A stretch of DNA of 64,000 nucleotides from a virus: positions 32,001 through 96,000 of IMG/VR virus record IMGVR_UViG_3300021963_000054; one strand, written 5' to 3'. Under the pieces are notes generated by a model. The model ran no database searches. It saw nothing but the letters and a program-made list of their open reading frames with translations, and had not been told where the DNA came from. Of the stretch, positions 19,902 to 30,252 are shown one piece after another. How positions within the stretch are numbered: position 1 is the first letter of the stretch; each line of letters begins with the position of its first letter. The position numbers were made by a program, and so were the translations under genes.

Positions 19902-21710
19902 ATGCCAACGCAATTACAGTTAAGAAGAGGAAATACAGCGCAGACTGCAACATTTACTGGAGCAGTGGCTGAGATTACCGTTGACACAGATAAGAAAACA
20001 GTTGTTGTTCACGACGGCACAACAGCTGGTGGTTTTGCTCTTGCTTTAGAATCAGCACAGTTAGACCAATTTGCATTCACAAAAGCAAACTTAGCATTTG
20101 ATAGAGCAAACTCAGCATTTGCTCAAGCAAATGCAGCCTATGATACAGCTAACACAAAATTCAATTCTGCTGGCGGTACAATTTCTGGTAATGTAATCGT
20201 AACTGGTAACGTAACTCCAACAACAGATAATGTTTACAGTTTAGGTTCAGCAGGAAATCGTTGGAAAGATTTGTTTGTTGGACCAGGTTCAGTCAACATT
20301 GATGGTATTGTTATCGGAAACACTGGCGGGAATATTGTAATTAGTGGCGCATCTGATTTTGTTTTTCAACCCACAGGTGGCGCACCTTCAGTTTCTACTT
20401 CCGGTAGTGCTAACATCGCACTCAACGCATTCAATCAAGCTAACTTAGCATACAATCAAGCAAACGTTTCTTATGGTTCTTTTGCACAAGCTAATCTAGC
20501 ATACAGTCAAGCAAACTCTGGAACTGGTATTGCAGTTTCCGCTTTTGCACAAGCCAACTTAGCTTATACCGCGGCTAATAATGCTGTAGACACTTGGGTT
20601 AGAAATCAAGCTAACACAGCATATGACCAAGCAAATAATGCATTCGCTCAAGCTAATCTAGCGTTTACGGCTGCAAATAATGCTGTAGACACTTGGGTTA
20701 GAAATCAAGCTAACACCGCTTATAATAGAGCAAACTCAGCATTCGCACAGGCTAACCTAGCTTACGATACAGCAAATGCCGCATTGCCAAAACTTGGTGG
20801 TACAATTACTGGTGACTTGACTGTTTCTGGTAACTTAGTTATTTCTGGTAATACAACAACACTTAATGTTTCTTCATTGGCTGTTACTGATACTGTTATC
20901 CGATTAGGTACAGATAATCAAACCGACCTACTAGATATCGGTTTTGTTGGTCACTACGCTAATACGCCAAATAATCACACAGGTTTGATTCGTAAATTTA
21001 GCGATGGCAAATATTACTTGTTTGATAATTTGCAAACAGATAATGAGCCAACTAATATTGTTGATATTGCAAACACAAGAGTTGCAACACTAAGCGCAAA
21101 TCTAATCACGAACGTAATCTCATTGCGTGGACTTGATCCATTAGAATATTCAAATACAATTTATACTAATGCACAAGCAAATACAGGCAATGCAGTAATT
21201 ACATTAACATCTGCTTATCAAGCAAACGTCGGTGCTGGACTTATTACTGTAACATCAGATTATCAAGCAAACGTAGGTGCAGGTCTAATTACCAAGGTTG
21301 ATAAAGCTGGTGATGTAATGACTGGCGGTTTGTCTGCTAACGGCGCAATAATTGGCTCAAGTTTGACAGCAAACACTACAGCAACAATTAATACGAATGC
21401 TGTTTATGAATCTACTGCTGTAACAACTGCGGCCAATACTCAATTTACATTAGATTCATTTTCAACAACTGCATATCGTTCAGCTAAATATCTCGTTCAG
21501 ATTTCTAGCGGTTCATCATATGAATTACTAGAAATGACTTTGATCCATGATGGAACGACTGTGTATTTGTCTCAGTATGGTAACATTAAAACTGGTGCAA
21601 CATTAGGTGTATTTGACGCTACAATTTCAACTGGTACTTTAAGTTTGTTAGCTACACCAAACAATGCAGTAACTACGTTCAAGACAGCTATAACTCTGAT
21701 ACCGACATAA
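19902..21710 (+). CDS. Fibre protein with major-tropism-determinant N-terminal (Mtd_N)-like domain (602 aa)
   Basis: MPTQLQLRRG..FTGA.AEITVDTDK.T.VVHDG.TAGG N-terminus, A(F/Y)xxAN heptads, a 33-aa duplicated unit, and a C-terminal YRSAKY..HDG domain. Confidence 0.75.
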   Translation: MPTQLQLRRGNTAQTATFTGAVAEITVDTDKKTVVVHDGTTAGGFALALESAQLDQFAFTKANLAFDRANSAFAQANAAYDTANTKFNSAGGTISGNVIVTGNVTPTTDNVYSLGSAGNRWKDLFVGPGSVNIDGIVIGNTGGNIVISGASDFVFQPTGGAPSVSTSGSANIALNAFNQANLAYNQANVSYGSFAQANLAYSQANSGTGIAVSAFAQANLAYTAANNAVDTWVRNQANTAYDQANNAFAQANLAFTAANNAVDTWVRNQANTAYNRANSAFAQANLAYDTANAALPKLGGTITGDLTVSGNLVISGNTTTLNVSSLAVTDTVIRLGTDNQTDLLDIGFVGHYANTPNNHTGLIRKFSDGKYYLFDNLQTDNEPTNIVDIANTRVATLSANLITNVISLRGLDPLEYSNTIYTNAQANTGNAVITLTSAYQANVGAGLITVTSDYQANVGAGLITKVDKAGDVMTGGLSANGAIIGSSLTANTTATINTNAVYESTAVTTAANTQFTLDSFSTTAYRSAKYLVQISSGSSYELLEMTLIHDGTTVYLSQYGNIKTGATLGVFDATISTGTLSLLATPNNAVTTFKTAITLIPT

Positions 21711-21740
21711 TAAAATTCATAAACAAAGGGATAGTGAACT

Positions 21741-23696
21741 TTGGCAACAACAAGATTATCAACAGTAATTGGTAACGTCATTGTAGGCGCTACTGGACCT
21801 ACGGGTCCAACAGGTCCCACTGGTCCTACACCATCAATTGGCGGTTCAAACACTCACATTCAATTCAACAATAGTGGTTCTTTAGGTGGATCTTCTAGTT
21901 TAGTTTGGAATGGTACAGGGTTGAGTGTTGCAGGAGATATATTTGCAACTGGCAATAAAATTATAGGTATTAACGGCACAGGAGTTGCTGCCGGTACTTT
22001 TGCTTTTAGAAATTCTTCGGGTGTACAAAAGTCTGCTATTGGTTCATATTACAATATTGCGAATGAGGGGAACCTTGAGTTTATAAATGGCACAACCACT
22101 AGTATGGTGCTTAATTCTAGCGGTAACTTGGGTATTGGGACAAGTTCGCCTCAAGGCTCATTAGATGTTACGGCTACAGGTGCAACAGTTAATCAATTTT
22201 TGACTGGCGGCGGTGGTAACAATTCAGTAACAGGCATTTTTAGAATTGGCTCTGGCTCGGGTAGAGGTGCGAGTATCCAAGGCTTTCGTGGTGCATCTTC
22301 TAATATCCACAGCCTAGATTTCTACACATACAATTCCGCTGATGTTTTTGGTATGCGCCTTGATTCCAGCGGTAACTTGGGTATTGGTACAAGTTCTCCA
22401 GCGGCTGATTTAGAAATTAAACGAACAGGAGCAGTCAATGTTAAATTACAAGTAACTAGTGCTTATGAATCTGCATTATGGCTTGTAAATGGAGGAGGCT
22501 CTGAAGTAAGTGTTATTAACGCTGGAGGTAGTAATATACTTTCGTTTCGCACTAACAACACCGAGCGTATGCGTATCGACTCCAGCGGTAACGTAGGATT
22601 AACAACATCTGCATATACTCTTGGCTCCTTGTTGCAATTGGGTCGAGTATTTTCTTTTGCTCAAGATATTAACAGTGGATATTTAGGCGCTGGCTGGGTT
22701 GGTGGGTCAGCGCCAACTTTTGCAGTCACGGGCAATTATGCAGTACGTGAATATTTTGATAGTGCCCTAGGTACAATAGTTTGGCAGACGGCGGGAACAG
22801 GCACGGCAGGAAACGCAGTTGGTTTTGCCACAAGAATGACTCTCGATAACGCTGGTAACTTGGGTATTGGCACTACAACACCTTCAACTGGTAAATTTAG
22901 TGATGCGTCATATGCGTTTCTAAATCAATCTGCAAGCACTAGCACAGGCACAAATATTTTTGCCAGCAATTCTGATAACTCAAAATATATTGGCTTATGG
23001 AGCGGACATTCAGGGGCAGAGCCTGCAATTGGTGTTAAGACTGGAAATGCATTTACATTTGGTAAATGGGCGGCAATAAACGGAACTGGTGGTTTTACCG
23101 AAAATATGCGTATCGACTCTAGTGGCTCATTATTATTAGGTACAACAACTAACCCAACATCTGGCAGTTTTCCTCGTCCCACTTTATCAATAAAACAGTT
23201 GAATGATTCAGGTAGCGGGTACACCGCTATGCATATTGAGGCATTTGGGGATCAGTCAGTGCTTGGTATTGGTTATAACGGCGATGTTTTTGCATTTAGT
23301 ACGTCATACCGCGGCACAGGAGCTTACCGAGGTATATCTTTCAACACAAGTGGTACTGAAAGAATGCGTATCGACACCAGCGGTAACTTTAGCATTACTC
23401 AAACACCTGGTAAATACACAGTTGACGTAACTGGAGGAGCTACCAGTATTGCTAACGGCGGCACAGTTGATTTTCCTAGTGCGTCAGGAATGCTAGTAGT
23501 GAATAATTGGTTAAATGGAGCCGTAACACTATACCTTTGCGGTGGCGGATCAGTAACTGTAGTTTCAAACGTCATTGCTCAAGCTGGATCTTTTGCTTAT
23601 AACAGTGGTATTGGTGGGTATACTTGGACTAATAATGTTTATGGTGGAACTGCTACATTTGGGTTCTTCTTTGTCCGAACAAGAACAACAGCCTAA
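21741..23696 (+). CDS. Tail fibre/adhesin with short collagen stretch and RIDSSGN.GIGT repeats (651 aa, TTG start)
   Basis: SD-like AGGGA 9 nt before TTG. GPT repeats and about six (E)RMR(I/L)DSSGN modules. Confidence 0.75.
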   Translation: MATTRLSTVIGNVIVGATGPTGPTGPTGPTPSIGGSNTHIQFNNSGSLGGSSSLVWNGTGLSVAGDIFATGNKIIGINGTGVAAGTFAFRNSSGVQKSAIGSYYNIANEGNLEFINGTTTSMVLNSSGNLGIGTSSPQGSLDVTATGATVNQFLTGGGGNNSVTGIFRIGSGSGRGASIQGFRGASSNIHSLDFYTYNSADVFGMRLDSSGNLGIGTSSPAADLEIKRTGAVNVKLQVTSAYESALWLVNGGGSEVSVINAGGSNILSFRTNNTERMRIDSSGNVGLTTSAYTLGSLLQLGRVFSFAQDINSGYLGAGWVGGSAPTFAVTGNYAVREYFDSALGTIVWQTAGTGTAGNAVGFATRMTLDNAGNLGIGTTTPSTGKFSDASYAFLNQSASTSTGTNIFASNSDNSKYIGLWSGHSGAEPAIGVKTGNAFTFGKWAAINGTGGFTENMRIDSSGSLLLGTTTNPTSGSFPRPTLSIKQLNDSGSGYTAMHIEAFGDQSVLGIGYNGDVFAFSTSYRGTGAYRGISFNTSGTERMRIDTSGNFSITQTPGKYTVDVTGGATSIANGGTVDFPSASGMLVVNNWLNGAVTLYLCGGGSVTVVSNVIAQAGSFAYNSGIGGYTWTNNVYGGTATFGFFFVRTRTTA

Positions 23697-23704
23697 GGAA
23701 AAAA

Positions 23705-23977
23705 ATGGAATATACTGTCAACAAGATTCAAGACCAATCATTTGGATATAATATTTCAATGGAACATTTGGGGAAAAAAATTAACTTTAATGTTTTTTGT
23801 GCAAACAGTGAAACTGAAATTCCCGAATTGGTAGCCCATCACCTTGCTTTTTTAGAAGCACCCGTTCCTGTATATCAGACTGAACCCCAAGTCTCTAGTT
23901 TACAAACTTTACTAGAACAACAACAAGCACTCATCACCCAACTGCAAGCCGATGTAGCGGCGCTTAAAGGAGCATAA
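23705..23977 (+). CDS. Small fibre-associated protein with S74-type terminal coil (90 aa)
   Basis: RBS AAGGA. Ends in EQQQALITQLQADVAALKGA. Confidence 0.65.
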   Translation: MEYTVNKIQDQSFGYNISMEHLGKKINFNVFCANSETEIPELVAHHLAFLEAPVPVYQTEPQVSSLQTLLEQQQALITQLQADVAALKGA

Positions 23978-23983
23978 ACAATG
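23918..23983 (+). repeat. 66-nt dispersed repeat, copy 1 (copy 2 at 27992-28057)
   Basis: 63/66 nt identical: caacaacaa..ctcatcacccaa.tgcaagccgatgtagcggcgcttaaaggagcataaacaatg. Confidence 0.9.
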
Positions 23984-24022
23984 TCAACAATCACATGGAA
24001 CATCAGCGACAAGACTATATAA
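23981..24022 (+). pseudogene. 13-aa remnant MSTITWNISDKTI of a 30249-like gene
   Basis: Has RBS AAGGAG. The first residues resemble MRTIVWNVS (30249). The frame then runs into the leader shared with 30596. Confidence 0.6.
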
Positions 24023-24025
24023 AAT

Positions 24026-25015
24026 ATGGCATCTAATCAAGACTTCATCATAAAGAATGGGCTAACAGTTGGCTCATCGCAAGTGATTGCAGCCAATGGT
24101 CGTTGGGTTGGTGCCAACACAGGACTTATTGGTCCACAGGGAAGTGCTGGTCCTGCAGGTCCTCAAGGCGCTCAGGGAGCAACTGGTCCACAGGGAGCGG
24201 CTGCACCTTGGACAGTAATTACAACAAACACTACTGCAACATCAGGTCAACAATTAATTGCAAATACTTATACTGGTGGATTCATAGTAACATTACCAGC
24301 TTCACCTTCAGTTGGTAATGTAGTTAGAATTACCGATGGTTATGATTGGTCAGTAAATAATTTAACTATTGCGGGTAATGGAAGTACAATTGAAAATTCA
24401 GTTAATGATTTGTTAGCTGACGTTAGAGGAACAACAATTGAACTTGTTTATGATAGTTATACATGGCAAGTTGTATCAACGATTGGTCCAACAGGACCTA
24501 CCGGCGCAACAGGACCAACGGGTCCAACAGGTCCGCAAGGAGCACAAGGACCAGGCGGACCAACTGGACCTACTGGCGCACAAGGATTGACTGGTTCTAC
24601 TGGACCAACAGGACCGCAAGGTGCCCAAGGCGCACAAGGTCCTACTGGCGCAACAGGACCAACTGGTGCTCAAGGTGCTCAAGGTCCAACAGGAGCAACA
24701 GGTCCGACAGGCCCAGCTGGACCACAAGGATCTACTCCACCAATTAATGGTTCAAACACGAATATTATTTTTAATAATGCTGGCACTTTAGCTGGCTCTA
24801 ATAATTTTACATGGAATGGTTCAAAAGTAACTGTAACCGGTGAGAATCATGCGAATGTTCATGTAGCAACAAATGGAATTGTAGTGAACAGTTTAAATGT
24901 AGCAACTAGTTATACAATTGCGGCTGGCTATTCCGGCACATCAGCTGGACCAATTACCGTGAATTCTGGCGCAACAGTTACTATAGCGTCTGGTTCACGC
25001 TGGGTAATAGTTTAA
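24026..25015 (+). CDS. Collagen-like fibre protein 1 (MASNQDF family, 329 aa)
   Basis: Two Gly-X-Y stretches (GPT/GPQ/GAQ), a WTVIT..VTLPASP.VG domain and C-terminal SAGPITV..GSRWVIV. Confidence 0.85.
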   Translation: MASNQDFIIKNGLTVGSSQVIAANGRWVGANTGLIGPQGSAGPAGPQGAQGATGPQGAAAPWTVITTNTTATSGQQLIANTYTGGFIVTLPASPSVGNVVRITDGYDWSVNNLTIAGNGSTIENSVNDLLADVRGTTIELVYDSYTWQVVSTIGPTGPTGATGPTGPTGPQGAQGPGGPTGPTGAQGLTGSTGPTGPQGAQGAQGPTGATGPTGAQGAQGPTGATGPTGPAGPQGSTPPINGSNTNIIFNNAGTLAGSNNFTWNGSKVTVTGENHANVHVATNGIVVNSLNVATSYTIAAGYSGTSAGPITVNSGATVTIASGSRWVIV

Positions 25016-25023
25016 GGAAAAAA

Positions 25024-26292
25024 ATGAGTTCAATTGTTGTTTCAGGTGATACAAGCGGCGCAGTAACATTAAATGCACCAACGGTTGCGGGTACGGTAAC
25101 TGTAACATTACCGTCTACTACTGGCACGATGCTAACAACAGCATCAACAACGGGCATCAGCGGTAGCGCAATATCTTCGGGTACTGTTGCAGAGGCTTAT
25201 GGCGGCACAGGCACTACAACGGGCTACTACGGCTTCAAGAACCGCATCATCAATGGTGGCATGACAATTGACCAGAGAAATGCTGGTGCTCTTGTAAGTG
25301 GTGCTTTAGCTGGCTCATACGTTTTGGATAGATGGAAGTTTTGGGTTAATGGAGGCGGCGGTTCTGCCGCTTATACTGTTCAGCAATCAACAATTTCACC
25401 AGCTGGTTTTACAAACTCAATTGCTATTACACAAACAGCTTCCCATTCGCCAATTACCACTCAGTATAATGCAATTGCTCAATATATTGAGGGATATAAT
25501 GTTGCAGATTTTGGGTGGGGCGAGGCTGGAGCAACTGCCGTTACTTTATCTTTTTGGGTTCGCAGTTCTTTAACAGGAACATTTGGGGGTGCTGTATCAA
25601 ATTCAAGTCAAGCTAGGTCGTATCCATTCACATATACCATTAGTTCTGCAAACACTTGGGAATATAAAACAATCACAATTCCTGGAGATACTACTGGCAC
25701 TTGGATCAAAAATAATGGCGCAGGTATTCTTTTATTTTGGCAACTTGGCGTTGGCTCAACATATCTGGGTACTGCTACAGGCGCTTGGCAGGCAGCTACA
25801 TATCTTGGTGCAACAGGTGCTACACAAATCACCGCAACAAACGGAGCCACCTTCTACATCACAGGTGTCCAGTTGGAAAAAGGCGCAACAGCGACTAGCT
25901 TTGACTACAGACCATATGGGACTGAGTTGCAACTTTGTCAGCGATACTTTCAAAGTTTTTCATACACAGGCGGAACAATGATTGCTACTGGCAGTACATT
26001 TGGAACAAGTACTGGAGCGATTCCTTTTAGTTTTTATTTCCCAATGCGTACAACGCCCTCAACAATAACACTTCCAGCAGTGGGAAACACTAGTGGGCAA
26101 TGGACAGTTTTAACTCCCGCAGGAGGTTTTCCGGGGACATTTGGAACGATTACCCTTAACAGCGCAGGCCAAAATAACATGAGGTTAAATTTTGATGGTT
26201 ATACAGGAGTTTATGCTTCCTCTGGTCAGGCGGCATTTCTGTACGCTTGTGGCTCAACGACTACGGTTGTAACTGCATCTGCGGAGTTGTAA
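25024..26292 (+). CDS. Tail fibre/adhesin with carbohydrate-binding-like domain (422 aa)
   Basis: FKNRIING.M.IDQR..TLSFWVRSS..GVQLEKG..AT.F..R.YG.EL.LCQRY pattern. Confidence 0.7.
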   Translation: MSSIVVSGDTSGAVTLNAPTVAGTVTVTLPSTTGTMLTTASTTGISGSAISSGTVAEAYGGTGTTTGYYGFKNRIINGGMTIDQRNAGALVSGALAGSYVLDRWKFWVNGGGGSAAYTVQQSTISPAGFTNSIAITQTASHSPITTQYNAIAQYIEGYNVADFGWGEAGATAVTLSFWVRSSLTGTFGGAVSNSSQARSYPFTYTISSANTWEYKTITIPGDTTGTWIKNNGAGILLFWQLGVGSTYLGTATGAWQAATYLGATGATQITATNGATFYITGVQLEKGATATSFDYRPYGTELQLCQRYFQSFSYTGGTMIATGSTFGTSTGAIPFSFYFPMRTTPSTITLPAVGNTSGQWTVLTPAGGFPGTFGTITLNSAGQNNMRLNFDGYTGVYASSGQAAFLYACGSTTTVVTASAEL

Positions 26293-26294
26293 TC

Positions 26295-26459
26295 ATGTAC
26301 AAACTAATAAACACACAAACACCAAACGGCTTGCAATTGAGTGATTACGCTTTGCGATTATCTGATGGCGCTTTTGTCAATAGAGAAAACAACGAAGAGT
26401 ATCTAAAATGGCTTGCAGAGGGCAACACGCCTGAACCAGCGGACGAAGGAACAGCATGA
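26295..26459 (+). CDS. Small fibre-associated protein (54 aa; start revised to ATG 26295)
   Basis: MYKLIN..RLSDGAF..EYLKWLAEGNTPEPAD. GGAG upstream and ATGA overlap with the next gene. Confidence 0.7.
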   Translation: MYKLINTQTPNGLQLSDYALRLSDGAFVNRENNEEYLKWLAEGNTPEPADEGTA

Positions 26460-27985
26460 CAACAACTATTAATGCAGATACCACAAACGGCGTTAAGATA
26501 ACATCTGATACATCAGGCGTTTTAGGTCTACAAACTAATGGTAATACAGCCGTTACAATTAATGGAAGTCAAAATGTGGGGATTGGGACTACAACACCAG
26601 ATATTTTTAGCCGTGGTTATGGAAGAACTGTTGGAATCAATGATTCTGGTTCAAGTGGTGCGGTTTTACAAATAAATTCTGCATCTTCATATTCTGCTTT
26701 AGAATTAGGTAGAGGCGGTGTAAGAAAAGCATTTTTTACAGCACAATCAACTGTTACGGAATTAGGAAACTTAGAGGCTGTTCCGTTAGCTTTTTATACT
26801 AACAGCGCAGAGCGTGCCCGTATCGACTCCAGCGGTAACTTGGGTATTGGGACTACAAGTCCAGATGCAAAACTAGATGTAACTTCTATAGGTACTGCAT
26901 CAGCGTACACAGTCACGGCAGTTATTCAAGACGCACAATATCCTGCAAGTGGCAACTCAACACTTGAATTTAATGGGTTTATTGGTGGTAATGGTTATCG
27001 TTCTGGCATTGGCTCTATTGGTGGTCAACAACTTGCTTTTTACACTCCAAGCACTTTTGGTGTTGCTCCAACAGAGCGTGCCCGTATCGACTCCAGCGGT
27101 AACTTGCTGGTGGGGACTACGACAGCAAGTGCAAACTTTTATGTTTATAACGCTCCTGTTTCGTATGCAGGATTAAATACAACGGCAATTTTTAGTTCGT
27201 CAGCATCGCAATCAACAGGTACAGGTGGTTTGATAGCTTTTGAGGGCAAATACACCTCTGGCGGTTCTCTTGCTAATTTTGCGGCTATTGGCGGGTTAAA
27301 AGAAAATTCAACCGATAGTAACTATTCTGGTTACCTTGGTTTCTATACTCGCTTAAATGGTTCTTTACCGGCAGAGCGCATGCGGCTGGACTCCAGCGGT
27401 AAATTGCTTTTGGGTGTTACATCTGGAACAGGATTGTCTGTTGGTGATTTTGCCATGGCGAATGGTAAGGCTATTCGTTTTAGAAATGCCGCTGACAGCG
27501 CATATATAAGTGCGTTTGAGTTTAATACATCAAATGGTTTAGACATAGGAAAAAACGGTTCTTTGGCCACTATTACTTTTGGTATTAGTGGTATTGGTGA
27601 GGTGAGCCGATTTGACACCAGCGGTCAATTGCTGGTAGGGACTACAACATCTGCGGGTGCTGTATCCAATACCAAAAGAATAGTTGGTGGGTCATTTAGT
27701 TCGTTTAATGGTGTATTAACTTCAGTAAGCAGTGGTGTCGCATACACGATGTTTACCATGACTGCTGACTTTACATCTTATTTGGTTACAGTTTCTGCTT
27801 TAGTTTCTACTGCGGCTTATTCAGAAACTGCAATAGTCCATTTAAACAATACCTCCGTAAATGTAATAGTAATTGCCGGGGGGTCTGCTATTACAATCCA
27901 AAATACAGGTATGGCTGTACAAGTTTACCAAAGTTCAGGTGCAACAGTATCAGAGTTAATATGGTCTGCAATACGAATAACTTAA
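26456..27985 (+). CDS. Tail fibre/adhesin with RIDSSGN repeats (509 aa)
   Basis: Repeated ERARIDSSGNL modules, with a 35-nt exact repeat at 26808 and 27072. Confidence 0.75.
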   Translation: MTTTINADTTNGVKITSDTSGVLGLQTNGNTAVTINGSQNVGIGTTTPDIFSRGYGRTVGINDSGSSGAVLQINSASSYSALELGRGGVRKAFFTAQSTVTELGNLEAVPLAFYTNSAERARIDSSGNLGIGTTSPDAKLDVTSIGTASAYTVTAVIQDAQYPASGNSTLEFNGFIGGNGYRSGIGSIGGQQLAFYTPSTFGVAPTERARIDSSGNLLVGTTTASANFYVYNAPVSYAGLNTTAIFSSSASQSTGTGGLIAFEGKYTSGGSLANFAAIGGLKENSTDSNYSGYLGFYTRLNGSLPAERMRLDSSGKLLLGVTSGTGLSVGDFAMANGKAIRFRNAADSAYISAFEFNTSNGLDIGKNGSLATITFGISGIGEVSRFDTSGQLLVGTTTSAGAVSNTKRIVGGSFSSFNGVLTSVSSGVAYTMFTMTADFTSYLVTVSALVSTAAYSETAIVHLNNTSVNVIVIAGGSAITIQNTGMAVQVYQSSGATVSELIWSAIRIT

Positions 27986-27988
27986 TTT

Positions 27989-28051
27989 ATGCAACAACAA
28001 GTCCTCATCACCCAATTGCAAGCCGATGTAGCGGCGCTTAAAGGAGCATAA
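27989..28051 (+). pseudogene. 20-aa mini-ORF MQQQVLITQLQADVAALKGA (remnant chaperone tail)
   Basis: Near-identical to the 3' end of 23705-23977. Supplies the AAGGAG RBS for 28055. Confidence 0.65.
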
Positions 28052-28054
28052 ACA

Positions 28055-29917
28055 ATGGCAATCACGCTAGACGGTACTACAGGAATAACTACGCCAGGAT
28101 TGTCCTTGGCTATTGAGAATTTTTCCACAACGGGCAACACTACGCTTGGTGATGCAAGTACCGATACTCTTAATGTGGGTAATGGCGGTTTGGTAAAAGA
28201 TGCAAACGGCAATGTAGGTATTGGGACTACTTCTCCAGTACTAAGACTGCATGTATCTGAATCAAACGGTTCTGGAGCTATGCAACTTGGATCTAACACT
28301 GCCAGTCAATATCAATACATTAATTTTGGTGGTGCAAGTGGCGGACAAAACGCCTGGCAGATAGGTAAAGCAGATGCTAGTGGTTCAATTGTTCCATCTC
28401 AGGGATTTTATCTATATGACTTTAAAAATTCTGTAACTAGAATGGTTGTTGACACATCGGGTAATGTAGGTATTGGGACAACCTCAGCCTCCGCATCTTA
28501 TGGCAGACTTACTGTTGCAGGAACAGGAATTTCAATTACACCGGATACAAGTGCCAAACTGCAAATAGGTAGGTATAGTGCAGGTGCCCCTTTCAGTTAT
28601 ATTAAGATGGGGTCAACATCGTCAGGTTTAAAAATTACTGACCCTGCTGATTCAGTAGATTTGATAACCCTCACTGCTAACGGTGACTTCGGTATAGGGA
28701 CCAGTGCGCCGACGGGTAAATTAACGGTTGATCCGGGTTCTACCTCTGGCACACGAATTGACGGATTACATCTACCTAAAAACCTTACTGCACAAGCAAA
28801 TTATTTGGCTTGGCAACAGGGTGTGAATGGATGGCGGGTGGGTATTGTATATAACGATAACACTTACCCCCTGGCTTTTTACTACGGAGCATCAACTCCT
28901 ACAGCATCATCCCCAGGCACCGAATTAATGAGAATAGATTCCGACGGTAACTTAGGGGTGGGTGTTACACCTAATGGAGTATCACTAGGCGGCAGCTACA
29001 AATTGCTTTCACTTGGAAAGTCCGGGGGATCCGGGATTTTTATGGGGCAGACGGATCTAACTACTGCTGGTTCATATTCCGCTCAATTTTTAGGTAAGAC
29101 AATCGGAGCTTCTGGGTATCAAATACACGGAGGGATGGTGATTGGAGCAGAGGGATCATCTAGCACTAATGCTACTGGACTAGTAACATTCTATACAGCA
29201 ACTGGTGGAACCATTTTAGAACGTATGCGAATAGATTCAGGTGGTTTTGTTGGTATAGGCACTACTGCATCTTACAGCTCGGTATGGGGCGCTGATTCAT
29301 GGCAACTAAACATAGGCGGGTCAAGATCCTATAGTTCTCTTATTCTTGGTAATACTAGTCGTTTCTATTCAATGGGTGCTGGTGCTGGTTATCATTATAT
29401 GTCTTATGACCATACAGCGGCAGCACACAACATAATAGTAAATACTACCGGAGTAGTTGCCTTAAGAGGAGGCGCCTACTCCACAGCCACGGGTGTAGGC
29501 ATCGCTTTTCCTCCAACTCAAGTCGCATCAACTGACGCAAATACACTGGATGATTATGAAGAGGGGACTTGGACACCAGCCATTTCTGGTTTTACGTTAA
29601 CTGTACCCCGCGCCAACTATACAAAAATTGGTAGATTAGTTACCGTATCTGCCACATTAACCACATCAAGTGGTAGTGGTTCAGGCTCTGTGGCTATTAC
29701 TAATCTTCCTTTTCCAGGAGCTATTGGGGAATTCACCGGTGCTGTAATGTTAAATAACATAGCATATACCGGTGATCCAGTTTTATACTGTTACCCCCCA
29801 AATTCATTTTTCGAAATTTATTTAAGCACTAGCAATAGTTCGTGGGTGACTTTACAAAAAAATGTTTTGGGGTCGTCCAGCTCCATTATTTTTAGTATTA
29901 CCTACACCACACCTTAA
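28055..29917 (+). CDS. Tail fibre/adhesin (620 aa)
   Basis: GNVGIGTT / MRIDS.G modules and C-terminal DANTLDDYEEGTWTP..YTKIGRLVTV..LPF domain. Confidence 0.75.
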   Translation: MAITLDGTTGITTPGLSLAIENFSTTGNTTLGDASTDTLNVGNGGLVKDANGNVGIGTTSPVLRLHVSESNGSGAMQLGSNTASQYQYINFGGASGGQNAWQIGKADASGSIVPSQGFYLYDFKNSVTRMVVDTSGNVGIGTTSASASYGRLTVAGTGISITPDTSAKLQIGRYSAGAPFSYIKMGSTSSGLKITDPADSVDLITLTANGDFGIGTSAPTGKLTVDPGSTSGTRIDGLHLPKNLTAQANYLAWQQGVNGWRVGIVYNDNTYPLAFYYGASTPTASSPGTELMRIDSDGNLGVGVTPNGVSLGGSYKLLSLGKSGGSGIFMGQTDLTTAGSYSAQFLGKTIGASGYQIHGGMVIGAEGSSSTNATGLVTFYTATGGTILERMRIDSGGFVGIGTTASYSSVWGADSWQLNIGGSRSYSSLILGNTSRFYSMGAGAGYHYMSYDHTAAAHNIIVNTTGVVALRGGAYSTATGVGIAFPPTQVASTDANTLDDYEEGTWTPAISGFTLTVPRANYTKIGRLVTVSATLTTSSGSGSGSVAITNLPFPGAIGEFTGAVMLNNIAYTGDPVLYCYPPNSFFEIYLSTSNSSWVTLQKNVLGSSSSIIFSITYTTP

Positions 29918-29982
29918 CCACAAAATTTATTAGCCTGAATGGATTATTAGCCGGGCACTAACCCAACTTTAAGGAAATTAAA

Positions 29983-30252
29983 ATGTCATTAACAAAAGCG
30001 ACCTCAATAGACCAAATCACCGTCACTGAGAACGGCATCGTTCTCTATCGTGAAGCCACCCGCATCATGGAAGATGGCACTGAACTAAGCAAGACCTATC
30101 ATCGTTCAAGCCTCACGCCGGGGCAAGACTTGACGGGTATCCCTGCCAATGTCGTTGCAATCTGCAATGCGGCCTGGACTGCTGAAGTCATTGCGGCTTA
30201 TCAAGCGCAAGTGGCTGAACAAGCGGCACAATTTCAAGGAGCGCCAGCATGA
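29983..30252 (+). CDS. Fibre-associated small protein / putative chaperone (89 aa)
   Basis: RBS AAGGA. IDQITV.ENG.V..R..T.I.EDG.E.S..YHR pattern. Locally about 50% GC. Confidence 0.7.
   Translation: MSLTKATSIDQITVTENGIVLYREATRIMEDGTELSKTYHRSSLTPGQDLTGIPANVVAICNAAWTAEVIAAYQAQVAEQAAQFQGAPA

Noticed and set aside
21708-21743. Stop read-through fusing the in-frame 602-aa and 651-aa fibre genes
   Set aside because: There are five in-frame stops (TAA, TAA, TAA, TAG, TGA) at and after the end of the first gene. The TTG has its own SD.
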